A stretch of 61,995 nt of DNA, the filler included, from Gonapodya sp. JEL0774 (lineage: Eukaryota), in the NCBI GenBank assembly GCA_027604505.1. It is 12 parts of 12 records of this genome, joined end to end, with 100 filler letters (N's around TTAATTAATTAA, not from the genome) between each part and the next. Parts side by side here need not be neighbours in the genome. Positions count along the whole stretch, not along the records: positions 36,310 to 41,380 come from JADIIX010000794.1; positions 41,481 to 46,544 come from JADIIX010000795.1; 10 more parts are not named here. One strand, 5' to 3'. Shown in pieces: positions 36,310 through 46,644 of this stretch; positions within the stretch are counted from its first letter, which is position 1, and each line of letters opens with the position of its first letter. Position numbers and translations under genes: made by a program. The notes under the pieces are model-generated. The model was not told where the DNA came from and searched no databases. It saw only the letters and a program-made list of their open reading frames with translations.

Positions 36310-37649
36310 GATGGCGAGCCGTCGCGGAGTGTTGGGTAGGAACTCAAAGGTGTCCTTGTCGAGAGCTCGGGGCGGAGTGCCGAGCAGACGGGTGACGAGT
36401 GTTTCGATGTGGAGCGAGAGAAGAGGGTCGCCCAAGAGAGGGGGAGCTGGGCCACGGAAAATTTTGAATTAATGTGAAGGCGGGGAGGAGCACCCCGTGT
36501 GCGTGGGTCAGTCCATCGACTCACTCCATCCAAGGCAGGATACCCGCTGAGCCGCGATATAGTGTTGGCTGTTGTACAGCTGACCTGGGTGACGGCCGTA
36601 CATGTCGAGGCGGAGGTAGCTTCCCACGGCGATTGTGGAGAGTGTGAAGGTCGTTTTTGCTGAAGATAGATCAAAGAGCAGAAGCGCGGCGGCGTGGGTC
36701 GGACGTGTGAAGCATGTTGAGACGTATTCGCGAGAAGAGAAATGGGAAAACCGAACAATGGCGGCTTATCAGCTTACTTTCTGACTCTCCAACTGGAATG
36801 AATGGAGATATGTAGTGCGGAGACAGCATGCTCAAGCCCTTGAACGTTGATCGCACTCCACCAAGTTCAGGGGGAATCGCACTCTCCCTTGCCGGCGCGG
36901 TGTCACCGACGTTTTGCACTTCCACTGGTGAGCACACCCCGACGGCCACGGTCAGCCATTTCGGAGTGAAACAGTTTTCATCGCCTTCTTCCGCCCAATG
37001 TATAATGACCTCAGAGACCACGCATGCAGGGTTGCACATGAGAAACACAAGGCTTTCAACCGGAGCGTTCTCTAGATCCGCGTGCGGGGTTCCTGACGAC
37101 CACCAGTATGTGCCTGGGTCGCCGTCTTGGGTGCAGTCGATGGTTTGCATCGGGCTGTTGGCGGACGAGTTGTGGATACCGTCCAGAATCAGGGGATACG
37201 GGGGCACAAAGGGTCGGATCGCGAGGTTGTCTGGTGTGGATTCAAGGTAACAAGCGTTAATGGAGGGGAATCCATGGCCTCAATTTCGCCGTCTTTTTGC
37301 ACTCACACAGAGACTTGAGAGTATCCTTCTCTGTTCCTGGCGTCACCCAATCTCCGAGCTCGACCGCGATCGCCGGCTTGCATGCTGAACCGCGTTCTCG
37401 CCGTGATTCCCCGGGAGGAGCATCCCACGCCTTGGGAGACGGGACAGTGACAACACGCGGAACTGTCAGCCAAGCCGGCGCCACGCCCGCGGGATTCGGA
37501 CCCCGCAGCAGCGCAGTCTTCCACAGCGCGGGGAGGAACGTGACGTCTGCCAGCAGACGGCTGCATCGAGCGATGCGGCACAGGTCACGTGGAGAGAGAA
37601 AACAGAAGATACGGACGAGAATCTCGTGAGGCAGAGCGAGTGCGCCCAT
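36310..37649 (-). CDS. F-box protein with a putative beta-sandwich (galactose-binding-like) domain, truncated
   Basis: LALPHEILVRIFCFLSPRDLCRIARCSRLL...LWK is a canonical F-box; downstream TYWWSSG...ESLVF.MCNPACVVSEV. Confidence 0.75.
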
Positions 37650-39733
37650 CGACAGTTGGGTTCAACGGAGGTGACATTTTGCAGCGACCAAGAGGACGTT
37701 GGTTTAGCCGATAGCCGATATCCAAAAACTCCGTGCTTCCGAGACGAGCAGGGCTGCAATTGAACACAACATCTGGTGCGAGCGGTCAAAGTATATAAAG
37801 ACTTCGACGTAACCCGTTGTCAACAAGATTTTGAAGGTTCCTCTATAATCTATTCCGGTCTTATTCTGGATTGAAATCAATGCGAGAGTTCCATCTGGAC
37901 TGCTCAGATCATGTACACGCAAAGCCAAGTGTTGGCAATCACATGAAAGAATTATCAACGCATACACTCTTCTCAGTATGTATTATGATGTCATCTTCCT
38001 TTCTGTGGCGTCATGCACCAAAAGTAACCAACCGCTTGGCTCAGATCATCACCAGGAGCACTCCAGCAGTCGCGGCAACATTGCGATCTCAACATCGCTC
38101 AGATCAATAATTTGCCTCTTCCTTTGCTTGCATCAGAGTTGGGAACCGACGGTGGATGCCCGGATCGTTCCTGATCTCTGTTTGAAGCCGTTCACATGTG
38201 GCCCAACGCAGATATTTATAGCCCTCCCATAACACGAGCAAGATTGAAAAGTACTCACTGTAAAGTACTCACTGTAAACTGCATATCCCGCAACACCTTG
38301 GGTGAGCAATGTGTGATGGGGAGACCAAGTCAGTGCACGTATATATGTAGGACGACAGCTCCACAAACACTCACCCACAACTGAGCGTCATTATGAGATC
38401 CATCACAGCAAAAGCGAGAAATGCCCACGCCAGAAGTGTGATCAGTCACGAGCACCAAGGTCCGTTACATCCAAACTTTGAACGCACCACCACCACCCAA
38501 CAGACCCCACAGCACACCAAGCTCCGGTGACTTTTTCAGTTGACTGAGACGGAAGAGAGGCATATTTGTCTGGAAACAAGTAATCAACCAGCGAGGTCCA
38601 AGAGGAGAAGCGGGGATACAAGGTCAGGAAAGACCGGAAGTTTGTGAATATCACGTGGTGATTTTTCCCCACCCCTAATAACTTTGAGCTCCTCGAGCTT
38701 GTTCACTGCTCTGAAAGGAGAGCAGACACTGTACTGGCCATCTCCTATTGACCGCACTTCTTCTCCTCGCATCGTGACGTCAACCATGAGTGAGTGTGGA
38801 CGCTGAGTTCCGAACAGACAATATTATACAAGAGTCAGAAAGCCTACGAAAATAAAAAGGGGATCTTTCGTGTCTGGCAGAAATTAATTTCATATTATTG
38901 TTTGCATGCCCAGACCACGGCCAAGATTGAAAAAAAATTACTGTGTGCAAAAAAAAGCACACGCCAACAGCGAGCGATTCCCTTTCAGTCTCTGACCGCG
39001 CGGAGTGAGCAATCAGCAGTCATAAGAAACACAGAGAGCATTTAATCTGTGGAGACAACCAAGGCGGCACGAGAGGTGTGTTGATGATGGAAGAGGTTGA
39101 AGCCGCGACATTAAGGGGAAGCGCGAAAGAAAAGAGCACGTTCTTCGTGCGGAGAGGAGAAGAGATGGAAGGGAAAGCAAAACACGAAGCGACAGGCAAA
39201 GTAGACTGAGTTGACCGCTCCGAACGCTCGGATGTTCGTGTTTGCTTCACGTTGCTCGTCGCTGTATTCCCTGCAGAGGAGTTGGTGTCCGTCAGCACTT
39301 TGAAATCTGTCAGCGTTTCTCGACAATTCGTGCACGGAACTCACGCGTCCTGTTCTCTTCGTCTCCCATTGCTTCCCCTACCGGAACTCCATTGCGCAAC
39401 TGTCCCTCGTCTCGCTCGCCGGACTCTCCTCGATTCGCGTCCACCTGCGCCTACACACGCACATACATACTTCGCACCCTGTACCAAAGTCCTAAACGGC
39501 ATGCCATACCGCACATCTACGCGTCTTGAATTTCCTCATTGTTTCTCTCGAGCTTGAACCTTGGCCCCATCCCCCACCGTCCTGGTCCCGTCCCAATTGT
39601 GGTACAACCCTGCGTTGTGGACAACTTTCACGTCCACATTATTGACTTTCTCAACGATCGTACAATTTGTTCATAGACACTCTAGCTCTGCAAGCTACCG
39701 CCACGAATCCTCCAAACGCCGGATCTCGTGCAC

Positions 39734-41380
39734 ATGTACAGCTTGCTGTCGACTCTCCAACGCGCCGTGACACCCAATAACAGTACCACAACTTCAGTGG
39801 CTACAACAACTCCTCACTCAATACCCCATTCCCGAGATTGTTCGGCATTAGGGAGAAATGAATTCGATACGGAAACGGCAACAGACCGCAACTCTGGACC
39901 TACCGCCGTTCCCCTCCTCGACGAAAGCAAAAACCAAGGTTCCGTTGATGCTGAGCGCAAAAAAAGGAACAGACGAGTGCTCGCAAAACGCGCGATGCCC
40001 GTTCCAAACTCGTCCCGACGACAATGGCTCTTGGTCTCGTCACACTCGAACGATGTCCCCCAACTCTCCTCGACGGAATCACCCCACGCACCTCCATTCC
40101 CCCCATCCTCTGACCATCCCACGAAACGCCCCCGCCTCATCACCGCACCGACGACCTCCACACGCACCACCGTGCCACCCATCCCACCGTCCTTCCCTCC
40201 TTCGAACCCACCTCCGTCGTACTGGGAAGAGCGGGCCGCCCAGCTCGCCATCAAGCGTGACCGGGAGCGCAGACGGCGAGCCGAGATGAAGAGGGCCGTG
40301 GAGGAGAGGAAGTGGAAGAAGAGTAAGGTGGGTTTGGCTGGGGTGGGCTGGGGTGGGGGTCGAAAAACAGTTGTTCCGGCTGCGTTGTGTGTTGCGTGGG
40401 TCTTCGAGCCAGTACGTGGGCTGGGTCGGTAACCGGCGCGTCTCCGTCCCCACTCCTGCTCAGCGGAAACCCGCACCTCACAATATGGACTTTGAAGACT
40501 TTGATCAACCCTTGCAAATATGCGATCCTCCTCCTCCCGTTTCAGCAGATGCGGAAACTTCCCCACCGACAGACACGAAGCCGCCATCGACCGAGCCTGC
40601 CGAGCCAGCGCCGTGGGGATCGAACGGTGTCGGCGTGGGCGTCGCTGCACAGGTCTCCGCGATCAGCGAGGTGGGGGTGGAGGTGGAGGTGGAGGTGGAC
40701 GGTGCCGCGTGGAGAGGCGGGGACACGCACATGATGGATGGACGTAGTAGCGCGAGTGAAGGTGCACCGCGGGCCAAACTCGAACCCCGTGCGAAACTCG
40801 AACCACTCACCGACGGGTACTCGGACCCGGTGCCGGCGGCCGCGGCCCCGTATGCATTCTCTGCTCCACCACCACCACCCGCGCCTCCCACACCCCCACC
40901 GAGAAAACTTCCCACACCTCCTACTTCGCCCTCTGCGAGCGGGACGGCACATGTACCTCCACATCCACCCCCCGATCTACCATCGCCACACTCGGCTGAC
41001 CCCCCTCCCGTACACCGCGCACTGTCTGAACCCGGACCCGCACCCCCACCCCGGCGCATCCGCTCCCGCACCGTCCCCATCTCCACCCCTACACCCACCT
41101 CGCGCACCACACTCGTGTCGGGCACGGGAACGGGCACGGCGACGGGGATGGTGGTGGTGCAAGACCCGCACGGCGGATCGATCGGGCCTGGCCGGATGGG
41201 TCACGATCACGATTCCGCCCCCTCCCCTGCAGTACGGGAGCCATCACACGCACCCGCGATGACGCCGCCCCCGCCGACGTACTCTTACCGAGTGAAGACC
41301 TTCTACTGCGAGGTGGAAGGCTGTGAGCGGGGGTACTCTACCGTGAACGGGCTCAAGTACCACCAGCAGGTACGTACGTC
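39734..41380 (+). CDS. Pro-rich protein with an Sfp1/JAZF1-type C2H2 zinc finger, truncated
   Basis: KTFYCEVEGCERGYSTVNGLKYH at the contig end. A phase-0 intron 40328-40463 joins the two ORFs. The start is uncertain. Confidence 0.65.
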
Positions 41381-41480
41381 NNNNNNNNNNNNNNNNNNNN
41401 NNNNNNNNNNNNNNNNNNNNNNNNTTAATTAATTAANNNNNNNNNNNNNNNNNNNNNNNNNNNNNNNNNNNNNNNNNNNN

Positions 41481-41617
41481 TAATATACTTTCTCTAATTC
41501 TGAGAGTTGAGATACAGTGAACTCTGCCAGTGTTGGTTCTGATGCTACCATCGAGTATGGACGAGGTGGAATCCTTGGGACGACGACGTCTTTTGGAGAA
41601 ATCATTGTCGAATCCAT
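41481..41617 (-). CDS. N-terminus of a further copy of the 42155-43606 gene (truncated by the contig edge)
   Basis: MDSTMISPKDVVVPRIPPRPYSMVASEPTLAEFTVSQLSELEKVY is near-identical to the start of 42155-43606. Confidence 0.85.
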
Positions 41618-41869
41618 TATTCCACATCTTCGAACACAAAAAAAAAAATGAAAACAAGAGTTCGCTACTCGCGTCGGTTGGAAGTGGTCAGTGTGGATTA
41701 TTGCATCACACTTTTTGGTACTTTTTGTCCAAAAATCTGAGCGGCTTACCTCTTCTCAGAAGGTCGCCCTCTTTCAGAGTTTTTGCTCTGATCTGAGCAA
41801 AAGGTATTACCAGGGTCGTCTTCCTCGGACTTGTTCATTCTGTCCCGTTGCCACACTTTGCGTAACAAA

Positions 41870-42114
41870 TGCCTCGTTTTTGTTCCCACTATGCCGCGCA
41901 TTTACCCCTGTTGCCGCGCAATTAAGCACGTTGCCGCGCGTGCCGCGGAATTTTCCAACTTGTTTCTATATGCACATATATATTCTCTTGCTTTCTCACT
42001 TTTCAATTGGGTACATATAATCATGTGAAGAAATGGCGCGGCATCCGTGGCAGACTAGCAAAACGTGCGGCCGAAAGGGTAAAAACGCGGCATTATCTGG
42101 CTTATAGTGTGGCT
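41870..42114. promoter_or_regulatory. Putative replication origin, copy 2: inverted TGCCGCG-type iteron arrays flanking an AT-rich core
   Basis: Left heptamers start at 41870, 41892, 41912, 41932, 41941. Inverted heptamers end at 42043, 42052, 42072, 42092, 42114. The AT-rich core is 41948-42036. The structure is seen directly; origin function is inferred. Confidence 0.65.
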
Positions 42115-42154
42115 AAAACCCCTGAAAAGTGTGTATATGTGCGGCACGTCACAT

Positions 42155-43606
42155 CTACTCTTCATCGTCATCCATTTCGTCTTGAGTCTTCAATAAGATT
42201 CGCACCCCGCGAACCTTTTTGACATCCTTAGACCCATCCACTGCAAATCTGAGGGTCTCACTCGTGTATTGTTCTGGCATGCTCTGTGTGAATTTTGTTT
42301 GCGTCCAAGACTGCACCATGGGAACTACGTCGGGTGCGTTTACCCTGAGCCAGGTTTTGTATGCTTCAAACAAAACCGCCGTCGGCGTCCCGGCAGGGTC
42401 GTGTGCACGTCTGGGGCGAGTTGCACTGCCGAAAAAGAGGGTCACGGATTCGTTTTGCGAAGAGTGTTTTTGTGCACGCGTCGGACTTTCAAAACTTTTT
42501 TCGACAATGACGTGATCCTTCTGTGCGTCATAAGATGCGACTTGACATCGTGGATTGGTCTCCGGCACCCTCCCAAGATGTGCCACTTCAAGTTGTAGAC
42601 GCAGCTGTTCCACTTTACAACGCTCCTGTTCTACCTTACAACGCTCCTGCTCTGTCCGCTCCCGTTCGATCTCCAACAAGCATGCATCGACAACTGTCGC
42701 GCTCAGCTCTTTTGTTTTACGAACGAGTAACTCGACAGCGTCGTCCCTCGTAAAATCCTTATTGAGACATAAGATTTCGGTCTGGTTCTTTCCAAACTTA
42801 TCTACGATCGTCATGTGATGGTTGCGGACAGTGGGGTGTGTTTTGAACGCTCGCTCAACGTCTGCTGGCTGCAGAGTGCGTTGGAAGTGAACCAACCTGA
42901 AAAGTGGGAACGCTCCGACATGGGCACGAACCCGTTCTTTAAGTTTGCTTGCAAACCCATATTTGTAGAGCTCACCGGGTTTCTCAGTGGTACTCTGAAA
43001 TCCGATCGATCCGAGATACACACCCTGACCATCACCATGTGCAGCTAGGATTTCTTCGTGGCGAGCATCGGCGACAGCACGGGTAATGTGGTGCTGCGCC
43101 TGGATCTTGACGTAGTCCTGGTGCAATTCCAGAATGTGGACGAAGAAGCGACGGACTTCGTCACCCACTGCAGTGGGAGCCTGTATCACAAAGATCTGGG
43201 CAGCTTGCCATGTGAGGAATATTTTCTCAGATGGTCGCCCTCCAAGAGGTTTTCTCCCAATTGGGAGAAAACCTTCCGCTTCGTTGTTCTCAGAAGGGGA
43301 AGATCTAATTATGAAATCTATGCTTTCGACGAGGCGCGAGCGCTCGATAAGTGCCCGTTTTGCGTGGACTTTCTGCCCGTACCCCACGATTGGGTACAGG
43401 CCTTCAAAATCGACGGGATACACTTTCCCACTTGCCTCGCACTCTTCCCGACCTCTGTACAGCTTATCATAATATACTTTCTCTAATTCTGAGAGTTGAG
43501 ATACAGTGAACTCTGCCAGTGTTGGTTCAGATGCTACCAATGAGTATGGAGGAGGTGGAAGACTTGGGACGACGACATCGTTTGGAGAAATCATTGTCGA
43601 ATCCAT
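42155..43606 (-). CDS. Virus-like protein: AntA/MSV199-like DNA-binding domain + T5orf172/GIY-YIG-like domain + coiled coil + copy of the helicase C-terminal domain
   Basis: Intronless, 483 aa. YPVDFEGLYPIVGYGQKVHAKRAL...DF...GGRPSEKIFLT...GDEVRRFF; GVYLG...YKYGFASKLKERVRAH...VERAFK...QTE; ERTEQERCKVEQERCKVEQ; last ~75 aa shared with the helicase. Confidence 0.8.
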   Translation of the reverse strand: MDSTMISPNDVVVPSLPPPPYSLVASEPTLAEFTVSQLSELEKVYYDKLYRGREECEASGKVYPVDFEGLYPIVGYGQKVHAKRALIERSRLVESIDFIIRSSPSENNEAEGFLPIGRKPLGGRPSEKIFLTWQAAQIFVIQAPTAVGDEVRRFFVHILELHQDYVKIQAQHHITRAVADARHEEILAAHGDGQGVYLGSIGFQSTTEKPGELYKYGFASKLKERVRAHVGAFPLFRLVHFQRTLQPADVERAFKTHPTVRNHHMTIVDKFGKNQTEILCLNKDFTRDDAVELLVRKTKELSATVVDACLLEIERERTEQERCKVEQERCKVEQLRLQLEVAHLGRVPETNPRCQVASYDAQKDHVIVEKSFESPTRAQKHSSQNESVTLFFGSATRPRRAHDPAGTPTAVLFEAYKTWLRVNAPDVVPMVQSWTQTKFTQSMPEQYTSETLRFAVDGSKDVKKVRGVRILLKTQDEMDDDEE

Positions 43607-43858
43607 TATTCCACATCTTCGAACACAAAAAAAAAAATGAAAACAAGAGTACGCTACTCGCGTCGGTTGGAAGTGGTCAGTGTGGATTATTGCATCACAC
43701 TTTTTGGTACTTTTTGTCCAAAAATCTGAGCGGCTTACCTCTTCTCAGAAGGTCGCCCTCTTTCAGAGGTTTTGCTCTGATCTGAGCAAAAGGTTTTCCC
43801 AGGGTCGTCTTCCTCGGACTTGTTCATTCTGTCCCGTTGCCACACTTTGTGTAACAAA

Positions 43859-44103
43859 TGCCTCGTTTTTGTTCCCATTATGCCGCGCATTTACCCCTGT
43901 TGCCGCGCAATTAAGCACGTTGCCGCGCGTGCCGCGGAATTTTCCAACTTGTTTCTATATGCACTCACATATTCTCTTGCTTTCTCACTTTTCAATTAAG
44001 TACATATAATCATGTGAAGAAATGGCGCGGCATCCGTGGCAGACTAGCAAAACGTGCGGCCGAAAGGGTAAAACCGCGGCATTATCTGGCTTATAGTGTG
44101 GCT
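43859..44103. promoter_or_regulatory. Putative replication origin, copy 1, about 40 bp downstream of the helicase stop codon
   Basis: Same architecture as 41870-42114 with all heptamers identical. Differences are confined to spacers and the AT core. Confidence 0.65.
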
Positions 44104-44143
44104 AAAACCCCTGTAAAGTGTGTATATGTGCGGCATGTCACAT

Positions 44144-46544
44144 CTACGCTTCATCGTCATCCATTTCGTCTTGAGTCTTCAATAAGATTCGCACCCCGCG
44201 AACCTTTTTGACATCCTTAGACCCATCCACTGCAAATCTGAGGGTCTCACTCGTGTATTGTTCTGGCATGCTCTGTGTGAATTTTGTTTGCGTCCAAGAC
44301 TGCACCATGGGAATAACGTCAGGTGCGTTGACCCTGAGCCAAGTCTTGTATGCTTCAAACAAGACCACCGTCGGCGTCCCTGCGGCCTCGGAAGGTCGAG
44401 GCGCACGCGTGGCCTTTGTAAAAAAGACAGCCAGTGTGTCGTTCTGGGACACATACTCGTTAGTTGCAGACAGCACTGCAAGTGGTACACGGAGACCATC
44501 CCTTGCATAGATATCATAGCGATCTAGGAGAAGACCGAGCAGCGGAAGGCTGAATTCAGGTGTTTTCACTCTGGCTCCAAGCTTGTTGTCAGCCAGATAG
44601 ATGCCCTTTGACTCGTTGACGCGCTCTTCGCTCTCTACAAATTGACTGCTGAAGGCAACGTAGAGCAACCTACGTGGCATTGCTGTGTTCCTTGACGACC
44701 CCTGTGAGAACTTTGGTGCCGTGTTCACGGGAAAACACAACTTAAATTGAGGTCGGTACTGAACTGGTGCCTTGTGTAACGCTCGCGCACTAATGTCATC
44801 GTCACCAGTGAGCGACTTGACGATCTCCTCATCCAGGTGTGAATTCTCGCCGACCTCTGTGACAAACACTGCACGGGCTGTTCGCAATTGCGCCAGTACC
44901 GGGCTCGCAGCCTCTACGTCGCGCTTTGCTCCTCCAGATATCAGCAACGCACTTTTGACGGTCTGCGCATATCCTCCTAGAACACTCTTCAGCGCATTCA
45001 CAACGAGCGATTTCCCGTTTGCACCGTTACCCACGAGAAAGACCAGCTTCTGCTCTCTCGTAGTGCCACTGAGCATTGTTGCGGCGTATGTCAGCATGAA
45101 ATTGCGTACCGCTGCGTCTGGAAGAATCTTGGCCAAGACATCCTCCACTTTAGCTCGCAAGGCCCTATCATGAACACGCTCATAATCAAAGTCGTATCCA
45201 GTAGTGATCGTGACGTAATCGTCGGGGCGCCCAGGTCGGAAACAATATGTGCATCCATCACTTTGTGAATCGAGATCAATAACACCGTTGTCAAAGGCCA
45301 GTATGTGTTCGAGGCGATCTCGTAGTTTGACGAACGACAAGCCCTGCATCTCGTAGTGGGACTTCATACGCTCAATGACTGCATTGCGGAAAGACGTCTT
45401 GTCCAGTTGGTTGAACATCTCTCTCACCCACTTTGCCCTTTGTGTAGCTTCGGCATCGCCGCGCAAGCGAACAGCTTCACGTTGGTAGTAGGAGCACGCT
45501 GCCTCATACAGGTCGTATACTCTCTTTGATCCGATAGTTTTGTCGATGATGGCATTCTCGCTGCGCTGTATCCATCGATGCATCGAAGGTTCGAACGACC
45601 ACCACTCGTTCTCGACAAGAGCAGCTTCATCCGCACACACCGCCGTGATAAGTGCCGCCACACGTGCATTGTTGCCGCTCAGGGAGTGTACGAACAGCCG
45701 ATTTAGATCGGGGTTCCCAGGAATGAAAACATGTTCTTCGCCCTGAAACGCGGTCCAAGAGGCAGTAGGCTCTGCGGCTAATGTCAAGTTGAACTGCTGA
45801 TTGACGACCATGAAGAAGTTCCCCAACCGTGGGTACTTCTCTGCAGAGATGGGCATCGAACCCAAAGCTGGTGATCGATATTTACAGCCTTGACCATCAC
45901 ACTGGATGGAGAGTCCATCTTTGCTCGTTGTGGCTACTAGACGACCGTTTCCACAGAATGTACACAGTTTGCGTCCGAAGTACGTATCCAGGGCACCTTT
46001 GAATGCAGACATGTCTGGCTGGTGTACCATTTCCATGTTCTCGTTACCAGGGTGAGCTTCATTGATGAGCGACACTGCGTCCAGACAAGCTTTGCCCACA
46101 AGCTCAGGGTCCACAACTGGCTTTGATGGAAACATCTCCCCGAAAGCCTTCCTGATATCGGATGTCACCTGGCGTGCACCCCACGTTTTTTCGCGACATT
46201 CGCCATCGTGGCAGCGCCGAGTCACGTCCCCACTCGAGCTCACGAAAATATACTGTTTGTTTCCTTTATGTGGAGCTTTTTTGAAGCAACAGTCCAACAG
46301 GCTTGTGGAAACGGCATACCCCATACCATCACCAAGCCATTTGGTACTACCAACGTACGTTGGCAAGATCCCAAAGCTTTCCATGATAAAATCTTTCACC
46401 ATATCAGGTGTTGTGGCAGTGTCAGGTCCATCGAGTTGAACTCGCCCCTGTCGCTTGACAGTACTCCCGGCGCCACTTCCACTCTCACGCAAAGCTTCCA
46501 CAAGCCAGACAGGCATTTCAGCAAGCTCACGTTCCCACGGTGAC
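44144..46544 (-). CDS. D5/P4-alpha-type primase-helicase (SF3), intronless, 5'-truncated
   Basis: Open to the contig edge. PWERELAEMPVWL resembles the end of a Prim-Pol domain. UL52/PrimPol-type Zn finger C.F...H..N..Y...CHDGEC, second Cys cluster CTFC...C....C, D5_N LAFDNGVIDL...FRPGRPDDYVT, Walker A GNGANGKS, Walker B VFVTE, motif C FPVN, Arg finger MPRRL and a C-terminal helical domain LFEAYKTW. Confidence 0.93.
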
Positions 46545-46644
46545 NNNNNNNNNNNNNNNNNNNNNNNNNNNNNNNNNNNNNNNNNNNNTTAATTAATTAA
46601 NNNNNNNNNNNNNNNNNNNNNNNNNNNNNNNNNNNNNNNNNNNN

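Larger units (their letters stand above)
41481..44384. repeat. Direct repeat, offset 1989 bp (41481-42395 versus 43470-44384)
   Basis: Gap-free alignment. Hand count gives about 23 substitutions over the first ~840 bp, then rising divergence. Confidence 0.97.

Noticed and set aside
43626..43645. A-rich AAAAAATGAAAA resembling an NCLDV early promoter
   Set aside because: It lies on the strand opposite to the downstream gene and does not match AAAATTGA exactly.
41381..46644. Apparent insertion of the viral-like module between host genes (Zn-finger gene and sterol oxidase)
   Set aside because: Both flanks are contig spacers, so integration into the host genome cannot be shown from this window.
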